A DNA stretch of 64,000 nucleotides from Camelus dromedarius (lineage: Eukaryota). The translations under genes were made by a program, and so were the position numbers. Below the pieces are notes generated by a model. That model did no database searches, was not told where the DNA came from, and saw nothing but the letters and a program-made list of their open reading frames with translations. Below, piece after piece: positions 1 to 12,245 of this stretch (positions are counted from its first letter, which is position 1; the number at the start of each line of letters is the position of its first letter). Location: assembly GCF_036321535.1 (NCBI RefSeq), contig NC_087436.1:9300001-9364000 (forward strand), in the 5' to 3' direction.

Positions 1-1874
1 AGAAATATGGATGAAATGAAGAGGGAAGACACACACAGTAATTACCACTGATGTCAACGCATACTTAGTACTTACATGACCTGTGTAAATCCTTATAAAA
101 CTGAATAGAGCTTTTGCTGGGCTGGCCTAATATGAACATATTTATTGGATATAAATATATGTAAACTAGTTGAAAAAGGCTTGACCAGATAAAGGGAAGT
201 TTGTATTTGGGTGCAACATAGAGATTGCATTGGAGGGAAAGAGTAGTATAGAGTAAGCCCGAATCAAGTAGGTATTTTGAAGAACAAAAGCGTTTCGTAT
301 AAACAAGCCTGAAAAGTAGAAGATATTAAGGATTTTATGTAAATTATGCTTTACGTTTAATATTGATAACCTGGAGAAAATTTGCCTCTATTTACCTAGC
401 TGACTGGACATGTGAATTGTTTGATATACCACTCAGAACAGTCTCCTCACATAAGAAATTTTGCCGCACTCCAGATTTTATAGCAAATTGGCACATAATA
501 AATGGAAAGTCTAGGTCCAAACGAATGAAAGATCTGTGGTAAGTAGGTAGAATAGTCTCTTCATTTGTCTTTGTATTAAGTGCTATAAAACTCATTTCAC
601 AGTTTCTCCATGAGACTAATACTGTTTACATTACTGCCTTTTATTTACAAAATTGTTTAGGTAAATCCTACATCAAGTTGTGCAGAACAGTCATTTTGCG
701 GAAAAATAAAATTTTCCCATTCTGAAGAGAAAACACTGAACGTGGAAAATCCATGATCTTTAGTTTGCATTCTGCAAGTTTTCATGCAAAAAATCGTGTT
801 ATGTGAACAAAGTTTATATTGCTTATAAATCATTTCATTTAAGCAGATTAATCAGGTCCTATTTTTGCATTCATATATTTGAAAATGCATATTAAATGTA
901 TATGCTGTCAGTTACACTCAGATTTAATAGTTGGAAAATATTAATAAGCAGATGCCATATCTTTTTGGTACAAGTATGTTACCAAAACCATATTTACCGC
1001 TCATCAACTCTCTTTCCTCTCTGTATCTGTTTGGCACACTTGACAGATTAACCAAAGCTGTGTGGATACGCAGTGCGGACTGAGTGCCATTTCTAAGTTT
1101 GTGTATTATCATGAATAAGCAAGCCCTGTACTGTTACTCTTTTTTGTGATTATTAACAATGCTCTGAAGAATATAAAGACTGACTAAAGTAAAAATAAAT
1201 CGAATAAGAAACAAAACAAAGCAGTAAACAAAAACCTTAACTCTCTGTATTAAAGAAAAATCATCAAACTAACATGCATATTGTTCTAAAAAGATGCAAA
1301 ACTTCTGAGGTCTCTTGAGAGCCATAAAATAGTTGTTTTTTTTCAGGTAAGAAAAATTTTGAGAGGATATGTGTATCTAAGTTGCATCAATTGTTCCAAA
1401 TTATTTATCACCGTAACCTCATTCCATTATGCTCATATAAGACATTAGGTAGCAAGTGGTATCTTTGATTAAACTAAAGCATGTGTCAATTAAATTTTAA
1501 TAACTTTTTATTAATCAAAACATATATCATTTAGAAACTCTGATCACTAGAGAAATTCTGTCTCACCGTGAAGTTAATATAATTGCAACTAAAATAAATA
1601 AAAATGAAAAATGTGAAAGTTCGTGTTTTTTAAACAACATTGTGTTTTATAATATGCTTATTGAAATATCAAAAAATTTCTGAGAATACCTATTAGTCTT
1701 TTAAATGACTTGTATAGGACCGTGAAGACTCCAGGCTAGAAACCACTGAGATCAGAGTCATCTGCTTGGATAAGCACATTCAAATATTTAAGCTCTGTTA
1801 TCAACTCCCTGTGGTCTTTAAATAATTCTCCAATCTATTGCATCAATTACAGCAGGCTCATAAAAAAAATGTTT

Positions 1875-4800
1875 TTAAAAATTATTATTATAGAAGTTTC
1901 AGGTGCACAGCATTATAATTCAACATCTGTATACACTGCAAAGCAATCATCACATGTCTAGTTACCATCCATCACCATACGGGTGACCCCTTCACCCATT
2001 TTGCCCACCCTCTCAACTTCCTTCTCCTTGGGTAACCACTGATCTGTTCTTTGTATCTATTCATTTGTTTTTGTTTTATTTTGCTTGGTTGGTTTATTTT
2101 TGTTTATTTTGTTTTCCCACAAATGAATGAAATCATACAGTATTTGTCCTTTCTGTGTCTGATTTAGTTCACTGAGCATAATACCTTCAAGCTCCATCCA
2201 TGTTGTCACAAAGAACAGGATTTCCCTCTTTTATATGGCTGAGTAGTATTCACTTGTATTTATAAATACCACACCTTTATTGTCCATTCATCCATCCATG
2301 GATACAAGTTGTTTCCATATCTTGGCTATTGTAAATAATGCTGCAGTGAACATGGTGGTGCATGTATCTTTTCGAATTAGCATTTGTGTGTTTTTTGGAT
2401 AAAGACCCAGAAGTGGAGCAGCTAGGTCATACGGTAGTTCTAGTTAGGACGTTCTGAGGAATCTCCATATTGTTTTCCAAAGTTACTGCACCCGATTACA
2501 GTCCCACCAACTGTATACAAGGGGTTCCTTTTCTCCACATCCTCTCCAACATTGATTATTTATTGTCTTTTTGTTATTAGCCATTCTAACATGTATGTGG
2601 TGATATCTCATTGTGGTCATTTTAATTAACATTTCCCTAATAATTAACAATGTTGAACATTTTTTCATGTGTCTCTTGTCCATCTGTATGTTTTCTCTGG
2701 AAAAAAATGTCTTTTCAGATCCATGCACTCATCAATACAAATGAGTTCTTTATATATGTTTTTTATATTGACTCCTTACTGGATACATGATTTGCAAACA
2801 TCTTTTCCCATTTAGTAGGTTGCCTTTTCCTTTTGTTAATGATTTCCTTTGCTGTGTAAAAGCTTTTTAGTTTAATGTAGTCCCATTTGTTTCTTTTTAC
2901 TTCTGTTGCCCAGGCCTTTAGAGTTATAACCACAAAAACATCTCTAAGACCAATGTCAATGGGGTTACCACCTATATTTTCTTCTAGGAGTTTTATAGTT
3001 CATGTCTTACACTTAAGCCTTTTTAATTCATTTTGGGTTTCTTTTTACATATGGTATAAGAAAGCGGTTCAGTTTCACTCTTTTGCATGTAGTTGTCCAG
3101 TTTTCCCAACACCATTTATTGAAGAGACTGACTTTACAGTCTTGGACCTTTGTCATAAAATTAATTGACCATATAAGTCTGGCTTAATTTCTGGGCTCTC
3201 TATTCTGTTACACTGATCTGTGTGTCTGCTACTGCTCCAGTATCATGCAGTTTTGATTGCTGTAGCTTTGTAGTATAATTTGAAATCAGGGCAGGTGAGA
3301 CCTCCAGGTTTGTTCTTCTTTATCAAGATTGCCTTGGCAACTTGGGGTCTTCCTTGGTTTCATACAAATTTTAGAATTGTTCGTTTCTGTGGGATTGCAT
3401 TGAATCTGTAGATTGCTTTGGGTGGTATGGACATTTTAACAATATTAATCCTTTCAATTCATGAATGATATCTTTCCATTTATTTGTGTTGTCTTCAATT
3501 TCTTTCATCAGTGTCCTAGAGTTTTCAGAGTGCAAGTCTTTTACCTTCCTAGCAAAATGTATTCCTAAGTATTTTAAATTTTGATGCAATTATAAATAGA
3601 ATTATTTTTAATTTCTCTTTCTGATAGTTCATTAATAGTATAGAAATGCCACAAATTTCTGTGTATAGATTTTGTTTCCTTTGAATTTAATGAACTCATT
3701 TGTTAGTTCTAATAGTTCTCCTGGTGATGTCTTTAGGATTTTCTATGAATGGTATTGTGTCATCTGCAAATAGTGACAGTTTTACTTCTTTTCCCAATTT
3801 GTATGCTTTTTATCTCTCTTGTCTGATTGTAGCTGAGACTTCCAATACTGTGTCGACTAAAAGTGGTAAAAGCGGGCATCCTTATCTTTTTCGTGATTTG
3901 AGGAAAAAGCTCTCAGTTTTTCACCATTGAGTATGTTAGCTGTGGGTTTGTCACACATGGTCTGTATTACGTTGAGGTATGTTCCCTCTATACCCATTTA
4001 GTAAGAGTTTTTATCCTATAGTTGTTGAATTTTGTCAGATTTTTTTCTACAACTATTGGCATGATCATACAATTTTTAATCTTCATTTTTGTTAATTTGT
4101 TGATTTGCAGACACTGTACCATTCTTGCATCCCTGGAATAAATCCCATCTAATCATAACGTATGATCCTTTTAATGTACTATCAGATTTTGTTTGCTGGG
4201 ATTTTTGCATTTATATTGATCAAGTTTATTTACCTGTAATTTTTTTTTTTTTTTTTGGTTGTGTCCTTTATCTGGTTTTGGTACCAGGGTGACATTGGTT
4301 TTATAAAATGTGCTGGATATTTTCCTCCTCTTCAATTTTTGGGAAAAAAATGAAAAGAATAAGTATTAAATCTTCTTTGAGTGTTTCGTAGAATTTGCCA
4401 GTGAAGTAGTCTGGTCCTGGGCTTTTGTTTATTGGGAGACTTTTAAGTACTATTTCAATTTCATTACTAGTAATTGGTCTAGTCAGCATTTTTTCATGAT
4501 TCAGTCTTAGAAGATTGTTTCTAAGAATATCCCCAATTCTTCTAGGTTGCTCAATTTTAGAGTAGTCTCTTATTGCCCTTTGTATTTCTGTGGTTTCAAT
4601 TGTAACTTCCCCCTTTTCATTTCTGATTTTATTTATTTCAACCCTCTTCCATTTTTGGTTAATCTAGCTAAAGGCTTATCAATTTTGTTTATTTTTCAAG
4701 GAGCTAGCTCTTAGTTTCATTGATCTTTTCTACTGAGTTTTTTAGTCGTTCTTTTAATTATTTTTTACTCTGATCTTTATTATTTCCTTCCTTTTTACTA

Positions 4801-5345
4801 ATTTGGGGTTTTGTTTGTTCTTTTATTTCTAGTTCCTCTAGGTGTAAAGTTATTTATTTGGGATTTTTCTTGTCTATTGAGGTAGGCTTATATTGCTATG
4901 AACTTCCCTCTTAGAACTGCATTTCTTCATCCCATAGATTTTTAATGTTCCTTGTTTCTATTTTCATTTGTCTCTAGGTATTTTTTGATTTCTCCTTTGA
5001 TATCTTTGATGACCCATTAGTAGTTCAAGAGCATGTTGTTTAGTCTTCATATTTTTATGATTTTCCCATTTTTCCTTTGTGATTGATTTCTACTTTTATT
5101 CCATTGTAGTTGGAGAAGATGCTTGATATGATTTCAAAATTCTGGAGTTTATTGAGTTTTATTTTGTGACCTAACATGGAATTAATCCCAGAAAATGTTT
5201 CATGTGCACTCGAGAAGAATGTGTGTTCTTTGGTTTTAAAAATGGAATGTTCTATACATATCTGTTAGTTCAATTTGGTATAATGTGTCATTTAAGTATG
5301 AAGTTTCCATATTCATTTTCTGTCTAAATGATATATCCATTGATT
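1875..5345 (-). mobile_element. LINE-1, 5'-truncated and decayed (ORF2 from the endonuclease region to the 3' UTR)
   Basis: Minus-strand ORFs give L1 ORF2 peptides: RPITSNEIEIVLKSLPINKSPGPDYFTGKFY (4301-4489), KYLGIHFARKVKDLHSEN..LMKEIEDNTNKWKDI (3371-3589) and the Cys-rich [18 protein letters not shown] (2483-2728). Typical L1 3' UTR at about 1880-2300. Many stops and frameshifts. Confidence 0.95.
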
Positions 5346-5550
5346 TAAAAGCAAAACAAATTTTTAAGGATTTAAAAACAAACAAACAAACAAAAAAGTA
5401 TGTCCAGGAGAAAAAAAAGAGATTCTAGATTTACAGATTTTTTTCCCCAATCTATCACTCTTATTTATAATCTCAAATAACATGTCATTTTGTAACTTTG
5501 ATTTTTAATCACTCTTTTTCACAGCATCTTTTCTTCTTTATATTAAATAG

Positions 5551-6560
5551 AACTTTACTGGAGTATAATAAGCATATGAAGAAATTTACTCATGTGTCTA
5601 CATAATTCACAATTATGATTGTGATTATTAGTAAACTGGCAGAGTTGTGCAATTATCAAAACAATTCAGTTTGTCTTTTTCATCACTTTAAAGAGATTAT
5701 TTCAGATTATTTGCAATCTTTCTCATCTGCTTCCCCAGGAATCCAATAATCTATTTTCTATCCCTATAGATGTACCTTTCATATAAATGGAACCATGCAG
5801 TATGCCATCTTTTAAGTCTCGTTTCTTTTCTGTTAGCATAGTATTTTGAAATTCATCCATACTTGATTAAATGTCAGTAGTGCATTTCTTTTTGTGCCTG
5901 AATGGCGTTTTATTGTACCAAATTGTATTGGTTTTCTAAGGCTGCAATGACGAAATACCACATACTTGGTGACTGGAAACAACAGACGCATTCTCTCACA
6001 GTTCTGGAGGCAAGAAGCCTAAAATCAAGGTGTTGGCAGAGCCATGTTCTCTCTGAAGATTCTAGGGGAGGATACTTCCTTGCCTCATCTTAGCTTCTGG
6101 TGGTTGCCAGCAAGCCCTCATGTTCCAGGGCTTATAAATGCATTACTCCAATCTCTGCCTCCGTCATCACATGGGGCTATTCCTTTTTTGTCTTTTTGTC
6201 TCTCCTATATTCTTTTAATATAAAAATATCAATCCTTGGATTAGGATCCAACTTATTTCAGTATGTTACCAGTTACATCTGCAAATACCTTATTTCCAAA
6301 TAAGGTCAGATTCTAAGTTTCCAAATGAACACAGATTTTATGGGATATAGTATGCAACTAGCATACAAATTTTGTTTGTACCGTTCACTAGTTGATGGAA
6401 ATGTACATATTTGCAGATTTTAGCTATTATGACTAACACTGCTATGAATATTTGCCTGCATGTTGTTATGTAAATATAGTTTTCATTTCTCTTAAGTAGA
6501 TATCTAAGTGTGGGATTGCTGTGTAGTATGAGAAATTTATATTGTACTTTAAAACTTTTA
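5551..6560 (-). mobile_element. Old L1M (L1MB-like) 3' end, split by an MLT1 LTR
   Basis: Antisense L1M 3' UTR motifs (agagttgtgcaattatc, catataaatggaaccatgcagtatg, ttcatccat) run to 5923 and resume at about 6366 (ttcactagttgatggaa...gctatgaatattt...gggattgctg). Confidence 0.75.
5924..6365 (-). mobile_element. MaLR solo LTR (MLT1B/C-like)
   Basis: tgtattggttttctaaggctgc...ttctctcacagttctggaggcaagaagcctaaaatcaaggtgttggcag matches antisense MLT1. 5-bp TSD caaat at 5919-5923 and 6366-6370. Confidence 0.9.
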
Positions 6561-6569
6561 GGTACAGAA

Positions 6570-6665
6570 AGAGCATTTAACTCTGAAAGGTATCATACCA
6601 GGCAATATGCTAAACACGTGTGTGCATTATCTCATTTAATGCCTACGGAAACCCCATGCAATAGA
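6570..6665 (-). mobile_element. MIR SINE fragment
   Basis: ccaggcaatatgctaaacac..gcattatctcatttaatgcctacggaaaccccatg resembles the antisense MIR core. Confidence 0.6.
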
Positions 6666-6666
6666 C

Positions 6667-7290
6667 TGTTGAGACTCCAGTGTGCTATAACCAAGTCAAA
6701 AATCAAACTGAAGCACTGTCGTCTGCAGGAGGCAATCAGAGAGACTGTTTTAAGGGAGAGAAATGTTACAGAAACTGAAAATAAGAGTGAGGCTGATTCA
6801 TGGGGAAGGCACCTGAGGCAGGAAGGTCAAGCAACTTTCATGGGTCTGGGCAAGTTGAGATACAGGTTTGTAGCACTAGTGAGAAGAAAGCAACAAGTCA
6901 GCTCTGACTCAAAATGAATGCTTTATGTTTCTTTTTCTTTTTTTTTTTTAAAGACCCAGAGCCCAGAAGCTATCACTTGTTTTATTTTCAAATGACCTCA
7001 CATGATTAACCTGCTGACTAAGATCTACTTGAGACATATCAGGAGGTTCTTATCATATTTGTCTATGCTTCCTGGAGACCAGCAGAAAAATTTTAAAAAC
7101 TGTAAAAAGCTAGCTTGACTGTGCAGCCTGGGGCCACAGGATATAGTCTAGTACCTGATTCACAGTACCCTTTGTTTTAACACTGTATGCCTGTGCTCTG
7201 ACTACATAAAAGAATTCATCTTACATCGTATGATGGCCTTTTATGCTGAAGTTCTAAGACTTTCTTTTTATTGCATAAACTAACTAACAT
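6667..7290. mobile_element. Possible unclassified LTR
   Basis: Starts with TG exactly where the MIR breaks off, is about 600 bp long, and has TATA-like and polyA-like motifs in LTR order. Family not recognised and right end uncertain. Confidence 0.3.
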
Positions 7291-9169
7291 TTCAGCGTCC
7301 TGATTTCTATCTACATACAATATCTTCATGCTAAAAAGTACTGCTGGAAGATAAAAGCAAATGAGAACTTAAGTTGATACAGTTAAAATCATAAACTCAC
7401 CATCCTTTAAGTTTCTCTTATACTAATGAAGTATTTTATTTATTTAATTCTCAAGTTCAGTGTGTTAAATAGATTGATTAATACTACAACTTGAATGTTC
7501 AGAGAAAGACTTCCCACCTTTTACTGATGGAACAAAGATAGACAACAAAAAGTACTCAGAAAAACATTTAAAATTTCAATAATGTCCCGTAATAGCTTCT
7601 TTTTCCAATTGTCATGGTTTCTAGGAACTTTAATTCATATAATGATAAAAGTTAATACTTTAATTTAAAATTCTTATTTCAAGTTATCTACTATTTAAAA
7701 TAAACAAATTAATATCTGATTTGGTTTTTTTTTATTCTAATACCTAAACCCTATGAATCTTTTCTTTTCCAGGGTAGCTTCCTGGCCAGAAAAACTTGTG
7801 TGTCCATCTGACTATACCATGACCTCTATCTGACTTCTGAGTTCTGTACCCACAACCTTCTCTCAGCATTCTTTCCCTAACAGGCTTGTGTCCCAAGACT
7901 CTAGTGTTTCTTCATTTGGCACTTGTATTTGACTCAGCTTCATTTTTCCTCTCAGATTATGAATTGGTTTTATATTAGAAATTCCCTTTTTCATTCTCTA
8001 GACATACGGATGACTTTTGCATGAATGTCCTGTAAACTACTCCACAGAATTCTCCCTCCACTCACGTATTCCTTAAGCCAGTATACTACCTGTTAAATGC
8101 TGGTGCTAATAATGCCAACATGGAACTCAGCATAGACAGTTCCTTACAGATCAAAGTCTCAAATGCTCAATCACGAGCATATATAGTACCTGATGTATGG
8201 TCTTTCTCTTTTGGAAAATTATCTGTAAAAGAACTTTGTGAATTGAAATAATCAATTTTTTTTTCATGAGCTATAAAAATAAATAGAATAGTCATGGTAT
8301 GTTCCATCAGGCAGAAAATCTACTGAATGAAGCCAATGATATTGGGTTCCACTTCAACACATTCTGGAAAATTACACAATAGAGCTGTCAAAAACAAAGT
8401 CCGACTGAACTGTCATGATTGTACAAAAGCAACAATCTGAAGGACAAAGTGAGTCTTGCCTAACCCTATGACCTGCCAGGCCAAGCTTCACGTGATTTAA
8501 CTGCAGACCGTCAGGGATGAATCAGCTTTCGTGTAACGTTAACCTTCTATGACACAAGGAAGAAATGAATGCAAGGACTGTGTCACTGATAACGCAATAG
8601 AAAGCATAAAGTTGGCGTATTTTTACTATTTTCTCTAATGACAATTAAAACTAAATCAAATTTCCTTTTATGCAATGAATGAAGAAGTCAACTTCTAGTA
8701 AATTACCTGGAATAATTGATTTCTAAAAGCTGGCTTGAAGGAAGAAAGGGTATACATTTTTTATTCCAGTTTTAAGCATGCCAACTTGATTGTCTCCTTG
8801 CCAGACAGTGGCTTCAATCATCTAGGAAGCTTTGTGGGAAGCTTTACTTTGCTCTAAATTTCCATCCATTGAGGGAGAGTCAGACTGAGGCACCGGCCAT
8901 CTGACAGTTCCTTATTCCCCCCAGTTCACTACTCCTGTTGGTACAGAACTCATCCCCCTTTTATTCTGCTCTATGTTTGGTCTTTGGATGCTGATCTGTA
9001 CAGCTTGCTGAGTTGGACTTCTGCCTGCCTCTTCCTGCATAAGCTCTTGTTGCATAAGATTGTTTGAATCATCCAAAACTGCCTCAGATGTTCAATGCCC
9101 AATCTCTTGATTTCCTATTATAAACCCAGATTCATATGACAATAAAAATAAAATGTCTTTGCAGCACTT

Positions 9170-9270
9170 TAAGGGCAGGAATTTTTGTACATTTTATTCC
9201 CTGCTTTATCCCCAGTATGTAGAAAAGTACCTGACATACCTATCTATAAATATTTGTTTAATAAATGTGT
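9170..9270 (+). mobile_element. L2 3' end
   Basis: agggcagga...ctgctttatccccagtatgtagaaaagtacctgacata...ataaatatttgtttaataaatg is the L2 tail pattern. Confidence 0.75.
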
Positions 9271-10953
9271 TAACCTTTTTTCTAAATTTAGTTACTGCAT
9301 AGACTTAAATACATTCGCACCAAACATGGTATGTTCAGGATTTACCTAATAGTATCCAATTCTTGTTTCAGTTACACTTGGCCTGGCCCAGAACAGCCCA
9401 ACATCATCTGTTATGGACATAGGAAGAGAAAATTATTTTCTAAGGGTAAAATACCAGTTTAAAAAGTATGAAAGACACTAAAGTTCTAAAACCTTGACCT
9501 TAAAACTTGTAATTGAAGAAAATAAAATAAATCACACAAGAAAGATTCTTGGCGACAACTCAGGCTATACTTCTAGCAAAGGTATAAATATATCTTCCTA
9601 TTAATTCGCATTTTATCACATAATTTACACTTGGAGATTAATTTGGAAACAAAAATAGTTCAGTTTAATATTACAGGAACTAATATCAACAAGAAGTGTT
9701 TTTATCTAAAAACAGAATTATGACTTATCGGTGGATAAAACTATCCATTCTTTCCATATCTCTTATGGTGTTGATGACTATGTGTTTTAGATGAAAAGGG
9801 CATGTTTTTCAGAGAAGAATATTTAAAAGGAGATCTGTGGTAATTACCCTTATATATTCAAGACCATGGATTCTTACAGTGACTTGGAAGTTTTCATAGA
9901 TAAATGCTGGTGCAGCTTAAGTAACATTTTCTTAACTCAATAAGGTCCTCGTTTTACATGTCTAGGTAGATTTTTTGATTCTTCTCTTTGATAAGGACGA
10001 CTTCACCTCTATCATAATTATCTCATATCTGAGAAAGTAAACAGAGCAAAATAAACCAGCAAAATGCTTACCAGGGCAATTTAAACTCCCCCTCTCCTTC
10101 AGAAACCTCAAAAATGTACCCTTTAGGGCCAAGTGTGTTCTACTGACTCTTATTTGGTCAGAGTCTCTCAACCTTGCGTATGGTTTGAAATTATCCTTAC
10201 TTATCTCTCACTCTTTATTTCTCTTTTTTATTAATCTACAAAACCATTAAAAAAAAAACTGAGTGCTAATAAAATCAAGTACTGTCGACAGTTGTTCATA
10301 TTAATATTCATGAGATTCATCTTCATACTAACTAGTTTAGTTTTCATCAGATTAATGTATACTTTCTATCTTAGGGAAGAAAACATTGACAATTGGCAAA
10401 AGAAAGTGATTTTTTTTTCCCCAAACCACTTGTTTCATTAGGGGAACTGGACTTGAAGCCACCCAATCTTTAAATTATTCTATCCCTTTGAAAAATCTCC
10501 AGTGGTTAGCACAGTGACCAGTGTACAGGAAGAGATTAAATCCATGGTCAGGTAAGCTATTAAATAGATGGATGTTTGAGTAAATATTTCTGAAGTTGGT
10601 ACTTTTTTTTTCAGTAAAACATGCCTCATGTCATTGTACTGTATATATTTGCAGAGATTCATTAAATATTTTAAGTGATCAGTTTTGCTAGTGTGTACTG
10701 GAACAGGAAGAATAAGTTAGTAGAAACTCAAAAAAATTTCAACTCAAAAGGCTTTGTCATTTTCACAACTATTAATCTATTTTCCATATTGATTGATATT
10801 CAATGTGGACATTATCTAGATTACACTGGGTTATTCTCTAGTATGCTAAGGAGCAACTTTATCTGATGAAATACATGCTTACTATGACTTTATTTTGTTT
10901 GATTTATTTATATTAGTTGCACTTATAATAGTACCACATAATTTAAAGAAATA

Positions 10954-12245
10954 CAGGCATACCTTGGAGACGTTGCAAGCTTGATTCCAGACAACGGCAA
11001 TAAAGCGAATACCAAAATAAAGGGAGTCACACAAATTCTGGGAATTCCCAGTGCATTTAAAAGTTTACCCCACACTATAGTCTTAGTGCAGTAGCATTGT
11101 CTAAAAAAGCAATGTATATATCTTAATTGAAAAAATACTTCGCTAAAAATGCTAACCATCATCTGAGCTTTCAGTAAGTCATAATGTTTTTGCTGGTGGA
11201 ATGCCTTGCCTTGATGCTGATGGCTGCTGACAGATGGCGGTGTTGCTGAAGGCTGGGGTGGCTGTGGCAATTTCTTAAAATAAGACAGCTTGCCCTCCTC
11301 CTTAGTCATGGCGTCCTGGTGCTGCTAGGACTCGAACACTGGGGCATTCGTGTTGCTCTCAGCCTAGGTGAACTCCATTTCATCCAGCCCTCACTGGTGC
11401 ACCATGTAGGAATGCCTTGTGCTGGACATGACTGTGAACTTCTCAGAGAGTACTGAATGTATTCTTCTGGATGGCCAGGCTGTTATTGCCGATGAAGGTG
11501 GTGGACTTTCTTCACAGCTGGGGTGGGATGTCACAGATCACTGCTTTCACACAGTTGGGGATCTAGTTGACAAAACAGCTGTTCTTGTTTCAGAGTTAAA
11601 CACCTATACACATCTTCCTCCTGCATGGATATGTGGCCAGCCACTGAACGGGGCAGCCAACATCAGTTAGTGGTTGTGATGGGGATCACAGGCAGACATC
11701 ATGCTCTTGGAGTGAAACATCTGCAGGATGAGCTCGAGCACCTTAAGGGCCTGGTACTACTGGCTACCCCTACTGATCAGTGGGGTGAAACCAGGCATGA
11801 AGAAATGCAGGCAAGGGAAGGGCACCATGTTCACATTGTGCTCACACAGATCAGCACCAAGTTGTCCCAGGAAGTGCAGGTGATGTGGTTGGCTTTAGGG
11901 TTTTGGGGCAGATGTTATAGAAGGCATTGTTATCAGTGCAATAGGTCTCATCTGTGGTTTCTAAGAGCTGGTGGACTGAGAGGGTGCATTGTAAGGCTCC
12001 ACCACTAGTGGGAACACTTGAGCAAGGGCACCACATTGAAGGTGTGATCACTGAACACAGATGACCATCACAAATAAGATATCGACAAAAAGGTTGAAAT
12101 ATTCTGAGACTTAACCACAATGGGACACAGAGACAATGAGCAAATGCTGTTGGAAAAATGCTCGATGCCATGAACATTCAATTTGGGAAAAAAAATAGTC
12201 TGTGAAGCAGAATAAAGTTTAACACAATAAAAAGAAGCATGCATG
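10954..12245 (+). mobile_element. Tigger1-derived non-autonomous DNA transposon (TcMar-Tigger) with a beta-tubulin insert
   Basis: TA|caggcataccttggaga... Tigger1 left arm at 10954-11287. Right arm at 12046-12245 (gatcactgaacacag...aataaaaagaagcatgcatg|TA). TA dinucleotides at 10952-10953 and 12246-12247. No transposase core between the arms. Confidence 0.9.
11288..12044 (-). pseudogene. TUBB: Beta-tubulin coding fragment (about residues 166-433), heavily decayed
   Basis: The minus strand translates in shifting frames to [108 protein letters not shown], collinear with beta-tubulin. Contains stops, frameshifts and a deletion near 11880. Paralogue not resolvable. Confidence 0.95.

Noticed and set aside
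10029..10071. Minus-strand gtaagc...ttctcag mini-intron
   Set aside because: At about 43 nt it is below the usual mammalian intron minimum, and the flanking peptide is not recognisable.
11625..12008. 127-aa + strand ORF (and 11419-11670) as a novel gene
   Set aside because: These are the antisense shadow of the beta-tubulin fragment; GC3-rich coding sequence often leaves the opposite strand open.
11288..12044. Functional tubulin gene or classical processed pseudogene
   Set aside because: It has multiple stops, frameshifts and a deletion. It has no N-terminus, 3' UTR, poly-A or own TSD.
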